A DNA stretch of 64,000 nucleotides, from contig OY970173.1 of assembly GCA_963707635.1 (NCBI GenBank), forward strand, positions 1,504,001 through 1,568,000. The letters are read 5' to 3'. Below the pieces are notes generated by a model. It made no database searches and had not been told where the DNA came from. It saw nothing but the letters and a program-made list of their open reading frames with translations. A program made the translations under genes and the position numbers. Below, one piece after another: positions 1 to 9,089 of this stretch; the stretch's first letter is position 1, and each line of letters opens with the position of its first letter. Source of the stretch: Candidatus Latescibacterota bacterium. Its GTDB lineage: Bacteria > Krumholzibacteriota > Krumholzibacteriia > WVZY01 > JAKEHA01.

Positions 1-44
1 CCGGCCCTCGCGGGGCCGGCGACGTCGAACCGACAATTCCAGCG

Positions 45-73
45 TTGACACCGCCGGGGCCGTGGGGTAGGTT
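45..73 (+). promoter_or_regulatory. sigma-70-type promoter of the acyl-CoA dehydrogenase/etf operon
   Basis: TTGACA (45-50), 17-nt spacer, TAGGTT (68-73). Confidence 0.6.
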
Positions 74-188
74 CGGGCTCGGCCAACCGCCGTCCTGGTG
101 CCTCGCTTCATCTCGGTCACATTTCGAGTTTACGCCGCATGAGCCGCCGACTTCACGGCGAAGCCCAAACCACCTCAAAGAGGGTATC

Positions 189-1337
189 GTGCAGTTCATT
201 CTGACCGAAGAGCAACGCCTGATCCAGCAGACGGCCCGGGAGTTCGCCGACAACGAGGTGGCCCCCGTCGCCGACCGGCACGACCGCGAGGGGAGGTTCC
301 CGCTCGAGCTCGTCAAGAAGCTGGGGAAGATGGGATTCCTCGGCATGCTGATACCGGAAGCCTACGGCGGGACGGCGGCCGGGAATCTCTGCCTGGTCCT
401 CGCGCTGGAGGAATTGAACCGGGTGTGCGCGTCGACCGGCGTGACCGTGTCGGTGCACAACTCGCTGGTGAGCGCCCCGATCGTCCATTGGGGCAGCGAA
501 GAGATCAAGCGCAAGTATCTGCCCAGGCTCGCCACCGGCGAGCTGCTCAGCGCGTACGCGTTGAGCGAACCCGGTTCGGGCAGCGATGCCGCGGGCCTGG
601 TCACCAGCGCGGTTCGTGACGGCAACGACTACGTCCTCAACGGGACGAAGAACTTCATTACCACCGGCGCGGAGGCCGACGTGGCCATCGTCATGGCCCG
701 CACCGACCCCTCCCACAAGACGCGCGGGATCACCGCCTTCGTGCTCGAGCGCGACATGAAGGGGTACGTAATCGGAAAGAAGGAAGACAAGCTCGGACTG
801 CGGGCGTCGAGCACGGTGCAGCTCGTATTCGAGGACTTGCGCGTGCCGGCGAGCCAGATCCTTGGCGGGGAGGGCGTGGGGTTCAAGATCGCCATGCACA
901 CGCTCGACGGGGGCCGCATCGGCATCGCGGCCCAGGCGGTGGGAATTGCGCAGGCCTGCCTCAACGCGTCGATCAAGTACGCCGAGGAGCGCGAGGCCTT
1001 CGAACAACCGATCGGCAAGTTCCAGGCGATCCAGTGGAAGCTCGCCAACATGGCGACGCGGATCGAGGCGGCTCGTTTTCTGGTGTACAACGCCGCCCGC
1101 CTCAAGGACGCGGGTCAGCCCCACGGCAAGGAGGCCGCGATGGCCAAGCTGTTCGCGTCCGAAACCGCCAACGACGCGGCGCGCGACGCGGTGCAGATCC
1201 ACGGGGGTGCGGGGTATCTGGAGGACTTTCCGGTGGAACGGCACTTCCGCGACGCGCGCATCACCGAGATCTACGAAGGCACGAGCGAGATCCAGCGGCT
1301 GGTGATCGCGCGACACTTGCTCAAGAACTTGAGCTGA
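189..1337 (+). CDS. acyl-CoA dehydrogenase (short/branched-chain, butyryl-CoA dehydrogenase-like)
   Basis: Motifs ALSEPGSGSD, LNGTKNFIT, GRIGIAAQAVG, QIHGGAGY and IYEGTSEIQ. GTG start at 189 follows AAGAGG; the ORF-track start at 45 is the -35 box. Confidence 0.95.
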   Translation: MQFILTEEQRLIQQTAREFADNEVAPVADRHDREGRFPLELVKKLGKMGFLGMLIPEAYGGTAAGNLCLVLALEELNRVCASTGVTVSVHNSLVSAPIVHWGSEEIKRKYLPRLATGELLSAYALSEPGSGSDAAGLVTSAVRDGNDYVLNGTKNFITTGAEADVAIVMARTDPSHKTRGITAFVLERDMKGYVIGKKEDKLGLRASSTVQLVFEDLRVPASQILGGEGVGFKIAMHTLDGGRIGIAAQAVGIAQACLNASIKYAEEREAFEQPIGKFQAIQWKLANMATRIEAARFLVYNAARLKDAGQPHGKEAAMAKLFASETANDAARDAVQIHGGAGYLEDFPVERHFRDARITEIYEGTSEIQRLVIARHLLKNLS

Positions 1338-1387
1338 CGGCCCCGGCCGTCCCTCAACCTGGAGACCGGTTTGCGAGGAGGTCTGGA

Positions 1388-2185
1388 TTGAAGATCGTGG
1401 TGCTGGTGAAGAGCGTTCCCGACACCGAGTCGAAGATCAAGATTGCGGCGGACGGGATGTCGATCGACGGGCAGGGGCTCAAGTACATCATGAACCCCTA
1501 CGACGAGTTCGCGGTCGAGGAGGCGCTGCGCATCAAGGAGCGCCTGAAGGACGACACCACCGTGCTGGTGGTCGGGATGGGGCCCGATCGCGTGGTCGAC
1601 GTGCTGCGCACCGCGCTGGCGATGGGCGCGGACGACGCCATCCACGTCGGCGACCCCGCGTTCGAGGGCGGGGACGCGCAGACCAACGCGCGCGTGCTGG
1701 CCGAAGTCGTGCGGCCGCTGGGAGCGGACCTGGTGCTGGGCGGAAAGCAGGGCATCGACACCGACTCCGCGCAGACCGGCGCGGCGCTGGCGGAATACCT
1801 GGACATGCCGCAGGCGCTCATCGTCAACGAGCTCACGCTGGCCGATGACCGCAAGAGTGTCACCGCCCGGCGCCGGGTGGAAGGCGGCGACGAAATCGTC
1901 GCCATGACACTCCCCGCCCTGGTCACAGCCGAAAAGGGCCTCAACGAGCCCCGCTACGCGTCGCTCCCTGGCATCATGAAAGCCAAGAAGAAGGAAATCC
2001 GCAAGGTGACGCTCGCCGATCTACCGCTCAAGCCCGAGCAAGTAGGGGCGGCCGGGTCGAAGAGCAAGGTGATCCGCTACCACAACCTCCCCGAACGTCC
2101 GGCGGTCAAGATGATCGCGGGCGACGCCGGCCAGCAGGCGAAAGAGCTGGCGCGGTTGCTGCGCGAAGAGGCCAAGGTCATCTAG
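1388..2185 (+). CDS. etfB: electron transfer flavoprotein beta subunit
   Basis: KIVVLVKSVPD, MNPYDEFAVEEA, GKQGID, NEPRYASLPGIMKAKKK; TTG start after GAGGAG. Confidence 0.95.
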   Translation: MKIVVLVKSVPDTESKIKIAADGMSIDGQGLKYIMNPYDEFAVEEALRIKERLKDDTTVLVVGMGPDRVVDVLRTALAMGADDAIHVGDPAFEGGDAQTNARVLAEVVRPLGADLVLGGKQGIDTDSAQTGAALAEYLDMPQALIVNELTLADDRKSVTARRRVEGGDEIVAMTLPALVTAEKGLNEPRYASLPGIMKAKKKEIRKVTLADLPLKPEQVGAAGSKSKVIRYHNLPERPAVKMIAGDAGQQAKELARLLREEAKVI

Positions 2186-2220
2186 GTCGCGAACCAAAAC
2201 GGAAGGGACACACGGCACCG

Positions 2221-3207
2221 ATGGCAAACGGAATTCTGGTAGTCGGCGAGGTGCGCGGTGGCGCGCTCAAGGGCATTACGAAGGAAATCGTCACGGCGGC
2301 GAACGCGCTCTCCCAGGCCGGGGGCGGTCCGGTCAGCCTTGCGCTCCTGGGTGACGAGGCGGCCGCGGCGGCGAATCAGGCCCGCGCGCTCCCCGTCGCC
2401 CGGGTGTTCGTGGCGAAGCACGCCGCGCTCGTCCAGTATTCATCGCAGGCCGCCGCCGTTGCACTCCAGGCGGTGCTGGTGGCAAGCGGTGCGAAGCTCG
2501 TCCTCTTCGGTGCCACCGCGATGGGCCGCGATCTCTCCGCCCGCGCGGCGGCGCGCTGCGATGCGTCGCTGTTCACCGACTGCACCGAGATCAGTCTCAC
2601 GGGAGGGAATCTGCGCGCGAGGCGGCCCGTGTACTCCGGCAAGGTATACGTCGAGCTCGAATCCACCGCCGCGATTCAGATGGCGTCGATTCGCCCCAAC
2701 GTGTTCCCCCCCGCGACCGGGTCCGGCTCCGCCGAGATGGTGGAGGTGCAGGCCACGATCGACGCCGCGAGCGTGCGCGGGCGGGTGAAGGAAGTGGTCC
2801 AGACCGCGGGCGGCTCCAAGGACCTCACCGAGTCGGAGATCATCGTGTCGGGAGGCCGCTCGCTCAAGAGCGCGGACAACTTCGCGATCCTCAAGGCGCT
2901 GGCCGATGTACTGGGCGCCACCGTGGGCGCGTCGCGCGCGGCGGTGGACGCTGGGTACGCCCCGCATTCGATGCAGGTCGGCCAGACCGGAAAAGTCGTC
3001 AACCCGAAGTTGTACATCGCGGTCGGGATCTCGGGCGCGATCCAGCACCTGGTGGGCATGCGGACATCGAAAGTGATCGTGGCGATCAACAAGGACGCCA
3101 ACGCGCCGATCTTTCAGAAGGCCGACTACGGCATCGCCGGCGATCTGTTCGAGATCGTTCCGAAGCTGACCGAAGAGTTCCGCGCGCTGCTCGGCACGCA
3201 CGCTTGA
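2221..3207 (+). CDS. etfA: electron transfer flavoprotein alpha subunit
   Basis: IIVSGGR, GASRAAVDAG, QVGQTGKVV, GISGAIQHLVGM, AINKD. Confidence 0.96.
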   Translation: MANGILVVGEVRGGALKGITKEIVTAANALSQAGGGPVSLALLGDEAAAAANQARALPVARVFVAKHAALVQYSSQAAAVALQAVLVASGAKLVLFGATAMGRDLSARAAARCDASLFTDCTEISLTGGNLRARRPVYSGKVYVELESTAAIQMASIRPNVFPPATGSGSAEMVEVQATIDAASVRGRVKEVVQTAGGSKDLTESEIIVSGGRSLKSADNFAILKALADVLGATVGASRAAVDAGYAPHSMQVGQTGKVVNPKLYIAVGISGAIQHLVGMRTSKVIVAINKDANAPIFQKADYGIAGDLFEIVPKLTEEFRALLGTHA

Positions 3208-3210
3208 CCG

Positions 3211-4516
3211 TCAGAACGAGCATGTCACCGACAGCGACGCGACGGTCGCGGTCGCGTCGTCGCCGGCGCGGTCGTGGTCCTCGGGTTGATAGTCGGCGTA
3301 GGCGTTGAGCCAGACCGAGCCGTGCAGGCGCACGGTCGCGAATACGTCGACGCGGTGGTACCCGTAGTCGGAGAAGATGGCGTCCGGATCGGGTATCTCC
3401 CCTCTTTCGGGTGAGCTGTCGTAGAGCCGGTAGTCGCGCCAGCCGGGCTCGTACGACGCCGACACCCACGCCCCCGTCCCTCCCACCCATTCGAAGGCGA
3501 TCTTCGCCCCCAGCTCCTGGTATTCGTCCTGCGGCGATTCGTGGTTCTCGAGCCAGCCGAACGCGGGCCCCGCACCGACCTGCGCGCCGCCCCGGTTGAA
3601 GTTCAGCAGCACCTCGATGAGGTTGCGCAGGTAGGTCGCGTAGGCGCCGGATTGCTGGTCGTAGATGTAGTGTTCGAGCTCGTCGTTGAGCTCGAAGCTC
3701 CACTGCGGCGACAACGCCCATTCGAAGAAGCCCGAACCGAGCAATGCCCAAAAGGAGCTGCGGGTGGCGTCCGCGTCGTAGAGCCGGCGCTCGCAGCCCA
3801 TCGCCACCTGGACGCGCCGGTGGGCGTCGAGGTAGCTTCGGTATTCGACCAGCGGCGTCAGCGCCTGATAGTCGATCTGCGAGCTGTCCGGCACCGTCAT
3901 GGTGGTCAGGCGCAGCCCGACCGTGACCGTGTGGATCAGGCCGCCGGCGACGTCGGCCGACGCGGTCACCGCATTGCGCGTGAAGTCGTAGTCGAACTCG
4001 GTGCGCTCGTCGTAGTCCACGCGTTCGACCCGGTCGTCGAGCTTGAGGGTGATCCCGTCGCTCGCGCGCCAGCGAAGGGTGCCGCGCGCGACCGCGCGCA
4101 GATAGCCGTTGGGGAAGTCGTACTGGGAGCCCGCGCGGTACCCCCGGCGTCCGGCTTCCGCGTCGAGGTGGATCGCGTGCCGGCCGGCGGCGCCGAAGCG
4201 GCGCGTCGCGACGGCGTGCCCGCCCGCCTCGTAGCTCGATTCACCCAGCAGCCCCTTCGCCTCGAGCAGGGCGTAGTTGCGCCCGAGCACTCCGGCTGCG
4301 TATCCCATGCGCAGTCGCGCGCAGAACTCGGCGACGCTGCTCAAGGTGTCGTCGTCCGCCACCGTGTAGCGCTCCATGTACGAGTCGAACCCGATTTCGG
4401 CGGCGCCGACCCAGCGGTGCGTCCGCGGCGCGTTCGGCGGACGCGGCCAGCAGCGCGAGCACCGGCAGGACGATGTGTAGGACCGGGCGGAGGTCGCGAC
4501 CCGCGCGCCCCGTCAC
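3211..4516 (-). CDS. putative outer-membrane beta-barrel protein with an apparent frameshift near the 5' end
   Basis: Tyr/Asp-rich alternating-strand pattern and C-terminal Phe (SVTCSF). A GTG at 4516 overlapping the upstream stop encodes a signal-peptide-like segment in a different frame from the body (ORF 3211..4377). Confidence 0.6.
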
Positions 4517-4848
4517 GGCGCGCGCTCCAGAACGGAGATCGCGCGCGCGATCAGGTCGAACGCCAGCTCGTATTCCGACTCCGCCATGAGGTCGAGGGCC
4601 TCGCGGCGCAGGCTGCGCGCCTCGGCGAGGTCCGCAATGGATGCGGCCGGGTCGGAATCCCGTGCGGCTAGGAGTGAATCGAGCTGCTGAAGCGCCACGT
4701 CGCACGCGGCCGCCCACGAGGCGCTCGTGGAATCGGAAACGGCGGCTGCGTCGGGAGGCGGGCTTCCCGGAAAGTCGTTCGCCGCGCACGCGAGAGCGCA
4801 CGCGGCGAAGAGCGTGAGGGCGACAGCGGTGCGGCTAGAAGGCGGCAT
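4513..4848 (-). CDS. small putative lipoprotein, helical
   Basis: Hydrophobic N-terminus with a lipobox-like ALAC; overlaps both neighbours, as in an operon. Confidence 0.65.
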   Translation of the reverse strand: MPPSSRTAVALTLFAACALACAANDFPGSPPPDAAAVSDSTSASWAAACDVALQQLDSLLAARDSDPAASIADLAEARSLRREALDLMAESEYELAFDLIARAISVLERAP

Positions 4849-6127
4849 CGCCCAGTAGCCGCAGCCCTTCTCGGGCCAGGTTGTTGGCGACCTTGGTCAG
4901 GGCCAGCGCGCGGCGGGCATCGCCGTCGGCGAACGCGTGCCGGGCCTCTTCCTGACGGCTCCGCGCACGGCGCAGCACGTCGCGCGCCTCGGCGTCGTCG
5001 TGAGACTCGACGGCGTGCTGCAGGCGGTCGAGCAATTCGTCGGTGCGCGCCAGCGCGGTCTCGACCGCGCCTGCATCGACGGACCCGCCGGAACTACCGA
5101 GCGCCTCCCGGACGATCGCGCGGGCACGCATGGTTTGGCGGAGCGCCGCCTCGAATTCCGACTGCTGCAAGGAATGCCTGGCTGCTTCCTGTGCGCGCGA
5201 CGCTTCCGCCATCCGCTCGACCACGTTGCGTTCTCCGCGCTCCTGCGTCACCTCGCGCGCCCGTTCCAGGATGTCGTCCGTGGTCGCCACCGCGCGCTCG
5301 ACGTTCTCGGCGCTGGCCTCGCCCCCGGAGGCGGCGCGAAGCGCGCGCAGCCCGAGGCTTCGGGCCGCGAGCGTGCGCTCGCGCGCGATGGCATCGTCGC
5401 CCGCGACCGCACCCGCGCGCGCCTGGGTCTGCAGCTCGACCGCCCGGTCGGCCAGATTCGCCAGCGCCGGCGGCAGGGTCGGCCGAAGGTCGGCGAGGCG
5501 CTCGAGCACCCGGTCGGTGCGCTCGATTTCGTTCTCGACGTCGTCGACGTCGACCAGGTCGCGGCGCAGCAGGCGCAGCGCGCGCAGCGAGAGCGAGGCC
5601 GACGACTCGGCGAGGTTGAGCGAGACTTCGAACGTGTGCTGCTGGAGCTGCTCGCGCGCGCGCCGGAGGTTGTCGTTCGCCTCCATGATCAGACGCCGGG
5701 CGGCGGCGGCGCGGGACCCCGCGTCCTCGAACGCGGTACGCGCCTGTTCCAGGCGGATGGCGGCGCGCTCGATCGCTTTGAGCGCCTGTTCCTCGAGGCG
5801 GGCTTCGCGCTTCGCGATCGCGATTGTCTGCTGAATGACCTCACGCGTGCGCAGCGCCGCCCGCGCCGCCATACCGGGGCGATTCTCTTCGAGCAACTTG
5901 ACGGATTGCGCCTGCAACGCGCGCGCGGTCTCGAGCGAGCCGCGCGCCTTGGTGCTGTTGGTCTCCTGCACCAGCGTTGCCGCCACGTCGAGCAGCTCGG
6001 CGTTGCGTTCGATGAACTCGCGCACATTGGCGGCGTCGACGGTTTGCGCCTGCGCGGACATCGGGGCGAGCGCAACCACCAGCGTGGCGAGTGTCACGAG
6101 TATCAAGCAACGGCAGAGTCGGATCAT
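4835..6127 (-). CDS. secreted alpha-helical repeat protein of unknown function
   Basis: Signal peptide ending AQA-Q; about five Ala/Glu/Arg-rich repeats beginning V-x-x-x-[IVL]-x-R/T-[NTA]. Confidence 0.75.
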   Translation of the reverse strand: MIRLCRCLILVTLATLVVALAPMSAQAQTVDAANVREFIERNAELLDVAATLVQETNSTKARGSLETARALQAQSVKLLEENRPGMAARAALRTREVIQQTIAIAKREARLEEQALKAIERAAIRLEQARTAFEDAGSRAAAARRLIMEANDNLRRAREQLQQHTFEVSLNLAESSASLSLRALRLLRRDLVDVDDVENEIERTDRVLERLADLRPTLPPALANLADRAVELQTQARAGAVAGDDAIARERTLAARSLGLRALRAASGGEASAENVERAVATTDDILERAREVTQERGERNVVERMAEASRAQEAARHSLQQSEFEAALRQTMRARAIVREALGSSGGSVDAGAVETALARTDELLDRLQHAVESHDDAEARDVLRRARSRQEEARHAFADGDARRALALTKVANNLAREGLRLLGDAAF

Positions 6128-6173
6128 GGTCGCGGTACCCGCAAGACGTGCGGGTGCTCCTTTCCTCGCTAAA

Positions 6174-6190
6174 CGCAAGCGAGGTGCCAG
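6174..6190 (-). promoter_or_regulatory. sigma-54 (-24/-12) promoter
   Basis: Minus strand CTGGCACCTCGCTTGCG matches TGGCAC-N5-TTGC with exact GG-N10-GC spacing; lies just downstream of an NtrC-type activator gene. Confidence 0.8.
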
Positions 6191-6314
6191 CCGGTCGGAG
6201 CGCCGCCAGACGGAGCAACTAATTGCAAATAAATCACATACATGATCGCTGGCGTTTCGATGCCACCGTCGCGGCTGAACGCCCCGGTACAGCCCTGCCC
6301 GGCGTGGTGCACGC

Positions 6315-7643
6315 CTACTCCAGGTGGTAGCGTTCCAGCCGGCCGTAGAGCGCGCGCCGGGTGATGCCGAGCAGGCGGGCGGCCTCACTCTTGTTGCCGC
6401 CGGTCGCCTCGAGCGCGCGCGCGATCAGATGCTTCTCGGATTCCTCGAGGTTGAGCGTCTCGCCGGCTGCGGACACCGACGCACCCGCTGCCGCGAGTGG
6501 CGCCAGCAGGACGTCTTCGGTGAGGATGCGTCCCCGCGGCCGCAGAATGACGGCGCGCTCGAGCACGTTGCGAAGCTCACGGACGTTGCCCGGCCAGTCG
6601 TAGGCGGCCAGCCGCGCCATCACCTCGTCGCCGAGGTCCGCGCCCGGGCGTCCCCATTCCGCCAGGAATCGGCGCGCGAGGTCGACGATGTCCTCGCGCC
6701 GCTCGCGCAGCGGCGAGAGCACGATCGGAAAGACGTTCAGGCGGTAGAAGAGGTCCTGGCGAAAGCTCCCGCGCGCGATTTCCTGCTCCAGGGGCCGGTG
6801 TGTCGCCGAGACGAGACGGACGTCGACGTGGACGTCCTTGACCCCGCCCAGCGGGGTGAAGGTCTGGGTCTCGAGGACGCGGAGGAGCTTGGCCTGGAGC
6901 GAAAGCGGGAGATCGCCGATCTCGTCCAAGAAGAGCGTGCCGCGATCCGCCAGCAGGAACTGGCCGGCTTTGCTGCGGCCCGCGCCCGTGAACGCTCCTT
7001 TTTCGTACCCGAAGAGCTCGCTCTCGAGCAGTGTCTCGGGAATCGCGGCGCAATTGACGGCGATCAACGGTCCCGACGCGCGTCGCGACGCACGATGCAC
7101 GGCGCGCGCGACCACCTCCTTGCCGGTCCCGCTCTCGCCCCGGATCAGGACGGGCGCGTCGGAATGCGCGAGCCCCTCGATCAGACGGCGGACCTCGCCG
7201 AGGGCCGCGCTCGACCCGATCAATTCGTCGCCCGCGCCCCGCGACAGCGCCTCCCGGAGGCCGCGGTTCTCGACCTGGAGGCGGCGTTTCTCCTCCACCC
7301 GGGCGAGCAGCAGGAGGACCTCGTCGGTGCGAAACGGCTTGATGATGTAATCGTAGGCGCCCTCGCGCATGGTCGCGATCGCGGTTTCGATCGACGCGTA
7401 CGCGGTCATGATCACCACGTCCACCGACGGGTGACGACGCCGGATCTCCTTCAGGAGCGAGAGACCGTCCATCCCCTCCATGCGCAGATCCGTGATGACG
7501 ACGTCGGGCTCGTGGTCCGCCAGCATCGCGAGGGCCTCGCGCGCGCTGGTGGTGGAACGCACCGCATGGCCGGCGTCGGTCAACTCGTCGGCGAGCAGGC
7601 GGCCAATTCGTGGTTCGTCGTCGACGATCAGAATCGCTGCCAT
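6315..7643 (-). CDS. sigma-54-dependent response regulator (NtrC/AtoC family: REC-AAA+-Fis HTH)
   Basis: ILIVDDE, TDLRM, GESGTGKE, NCAAIPETLLESELFG, GAFTGA, FLDEIGD, WPGNVREL, GGNKSEAARLLGI. Confidence 0.95.
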   Translation of the reverse strand: MAAILIVDDEPRIGRLLADELTDAGHAVRSTTSAREALAMLADHEPDVVITDLRMEGMDGLSLLKEIRRRHPSVDVVIMTAYASIETAIATMREGAYDYIIKPFRTDEVLLLLARVEEKRRLQVENRGLREALSRGAGDELIGSSAALGEVRRLIEGLAHSDAPVLIRGESGTGKEVVARAVHRASRRASGPLIAVNCAAIPETLLESELFGYEKGAFTGAGRSKAGQFLLADRGTLFLDEIGDLPLSLQAKLLRVLETQTFTPLGGVKDVHVDVRLVSATHRPLEQEIARGSFRQDLFYRLNVFPIVLSPLRERREDIVDLARRFLAEWGRPGADLGDEVMARLAAYDWPGNVRELRNVLERAVILRPRGRILTEDVLLAPLAAAGASVSAAGETLNLEESEKHLIARALEATGGNKSEAARLLGITRRALYGRLERYHLE

Positions 7644-7647
7644 GCGT

Positions 7648-8952
7648 TCACGCCTCCGGTTCGCGCGCGAGCGGCAGCGTGAGGACGACGCGCGCGCCCC
7701 GATCGTTGGATACGATGGTGAGGGTGCCGCGGTGCTCATCGATCACCGACTGCGCCACCGTGAGCCCGAGACCGCTGCCGTTGGTCCTGGTGGTGACGAA
7801 AGGACGGGTGGCGTCCTTGAGGATGGTCGCGTCGAACCCCGGCCCGTCGTCCAGGATCTCGATCCGCGCGGCATCGCCCTCGCTCGCGATGGTGACGTCG
7901 ACGCGGGCGCGGGCGGACTGCACCGCGTTCAACAGGACATTGAGCACCGCCTGCCGAATCTTGCGCTCGTCGCCGAGCAGGGTCGCGTCGTTCGCGGGCG
8001 TCACCACCACCACGCCCCGCGAGCGCGCTTCGTCCTCCAGCGCGGCCACCGAGCGCTGGACGGCCTTGAGCGCCGACACCGGGCCGAATTGCGACGGCCG
8101 CGCCTGCGCGAATTCGAGGTAGCCGGTCAGGATGCGATCGAGCTCATCCACCTCGTCGGCGATATAGGCCAGCGCCTCGTCGTGGATGCCGTGCTTGCGT
8201 TCGATCCGTTCCGCCGAAGCGCGAATGATGCTCAGCGGATTTCGAATCTCGTGGGCGATCGTCGCCACCAGGCGCCCCAGGCTCGCGAGGTTCTCCTGCT
8301 GCAAGAGCCGCTCCTGGGCACGGTCCAGCGAGCGGCTCTGGCGGTAGAACAGAAGCCCGAGGGCGAGCACCACCGAGGCATTGCCCACCGAAATGAAAGC
8401 GATGAGACTGGCCAGTTCGCGCAGCTGCGCAAAGTACGACGCCCCGGCCTCGACTCCCACCATGCCGATCACCGTGCCGGCTTTCGACACGATCGGCGCG
8501 TACGCGCTCTTCATGTAGATCTCGCCGGTCCGATACAGGCTGGTCGTCGACGAGATACCCGCGCGCGCGAGACTCACCGCGCCGACGTCGAGGGCGATGA
8601 ACGGGTTCGATTCGCCGGGCGAAGAGTAGCCGGCGAGATCGGCCACCGTGCGCCCCTCCGGGGTGATCACCACCACATTGGAAAGACCGTTCTCTTCCCG
8701 GGTCAGCACGAGCGGCTCGTACCAGGACGCGTCCACCGCGCCGATGGAAAGGGAATCGGGAGTTGTACCTTCCACCGTGTGCGCCAGCGCCATCGCGATC
8801 GAGCGGAGGCGCTCCCCCATCTGCGCGTCCAGGTGCGACCGCGCGCGCCGGTAGAGCGCGTAGTTGGTCACAACCAGCAGGGTCGAGAACGCGGTCAGGA
8901 AACCGGCGAACAGGAGGAGTCGCTTGTGGGCGGATGTGGCGGTGATGGCCAT
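7648..8952 (-). CDS. membrane sensor histidine kinase
   Basis: Two TM segments flanking a periplasmic domain; H-box IAHEIRNPL, N-box NVLLNAVQ, DDGPG, GSGLGL. Confidence 0.93.
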   Translation of the reverse strand: MAITATSAHKRLLLFAGFLTAFSTLLVVTNYALYRRARSHLDAQMGERLRSIAMALAHTVEGTTPDSLSIGAVDASWYEPLVLTREENGLSNVVVITPEGRTVADLAGYSSPGESNPFIALDVGAVSLARAGISSTTSLYRTGEIYMKSAYAPIVSKAGTVIGMVGVEAGASYFAQLRELASLIAFISVGNASVVLALGLLFYRQSRSLDRAQERLLQQENLASLGRLVATIAHEIRNPLSIIRASAERIERKHGIHDEALAYIADEVDELDRILTGYLEFAQARPSQFGPVSALKAVQRSVAALEDEARSRGVVVVTPANDATLLGDERKIRQAVLNVLLNAVQSARARVDVTIASEGDAARIEILDDGPGFDATILKDATRPFVTTRTNGSGLGLTVAQSVIDEHRGTLTIVSNDRGARVVLTLPLAREPEA

Positions 8953-9027
8953 GGCTCACGAAGGGCGCCCCGAACGGGTTTCGCGCGCCCCGGGGGATTG
9001 TAGGTCCGCCTGCGCGGAAGGCGCACG

Positions 9028-9060
9028 AAAAAAAAGGCGCGAGCCATAGAGGCCCGCGCC
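9028..9060 (-). terminator. rho-independent terminator
   Basis: Minus strand GGCGCGGGCC-TCTAT-GGCTCGCGCC followed by T8. Confidence 0.85.
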
Positions 9061-9089
9061 TGTTCCGGTGCGCCGCGTGAATGCCGGCG

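Noticed and set aside
189..3207. Electron-bifurcating Bcd-EtfAB complex
   Set aside because: The ETF motifs (EtfB GKQGIDTD, EtfA RPVYSG) look like canonical non-bifurcating ETFs and lack the DGDTxQVGP and RPAFGG patterns; a phylogeny would be needed to be sure
4513..4515. Selenocysteine or readthrough TGA fusing the lipoprotein to the barrel (same frame)
   Set aside because: The sequence after the TGA in that frame is not protein-like, no SECIS was evident, and an overlapping GTG with a signal peptide explains the locus better
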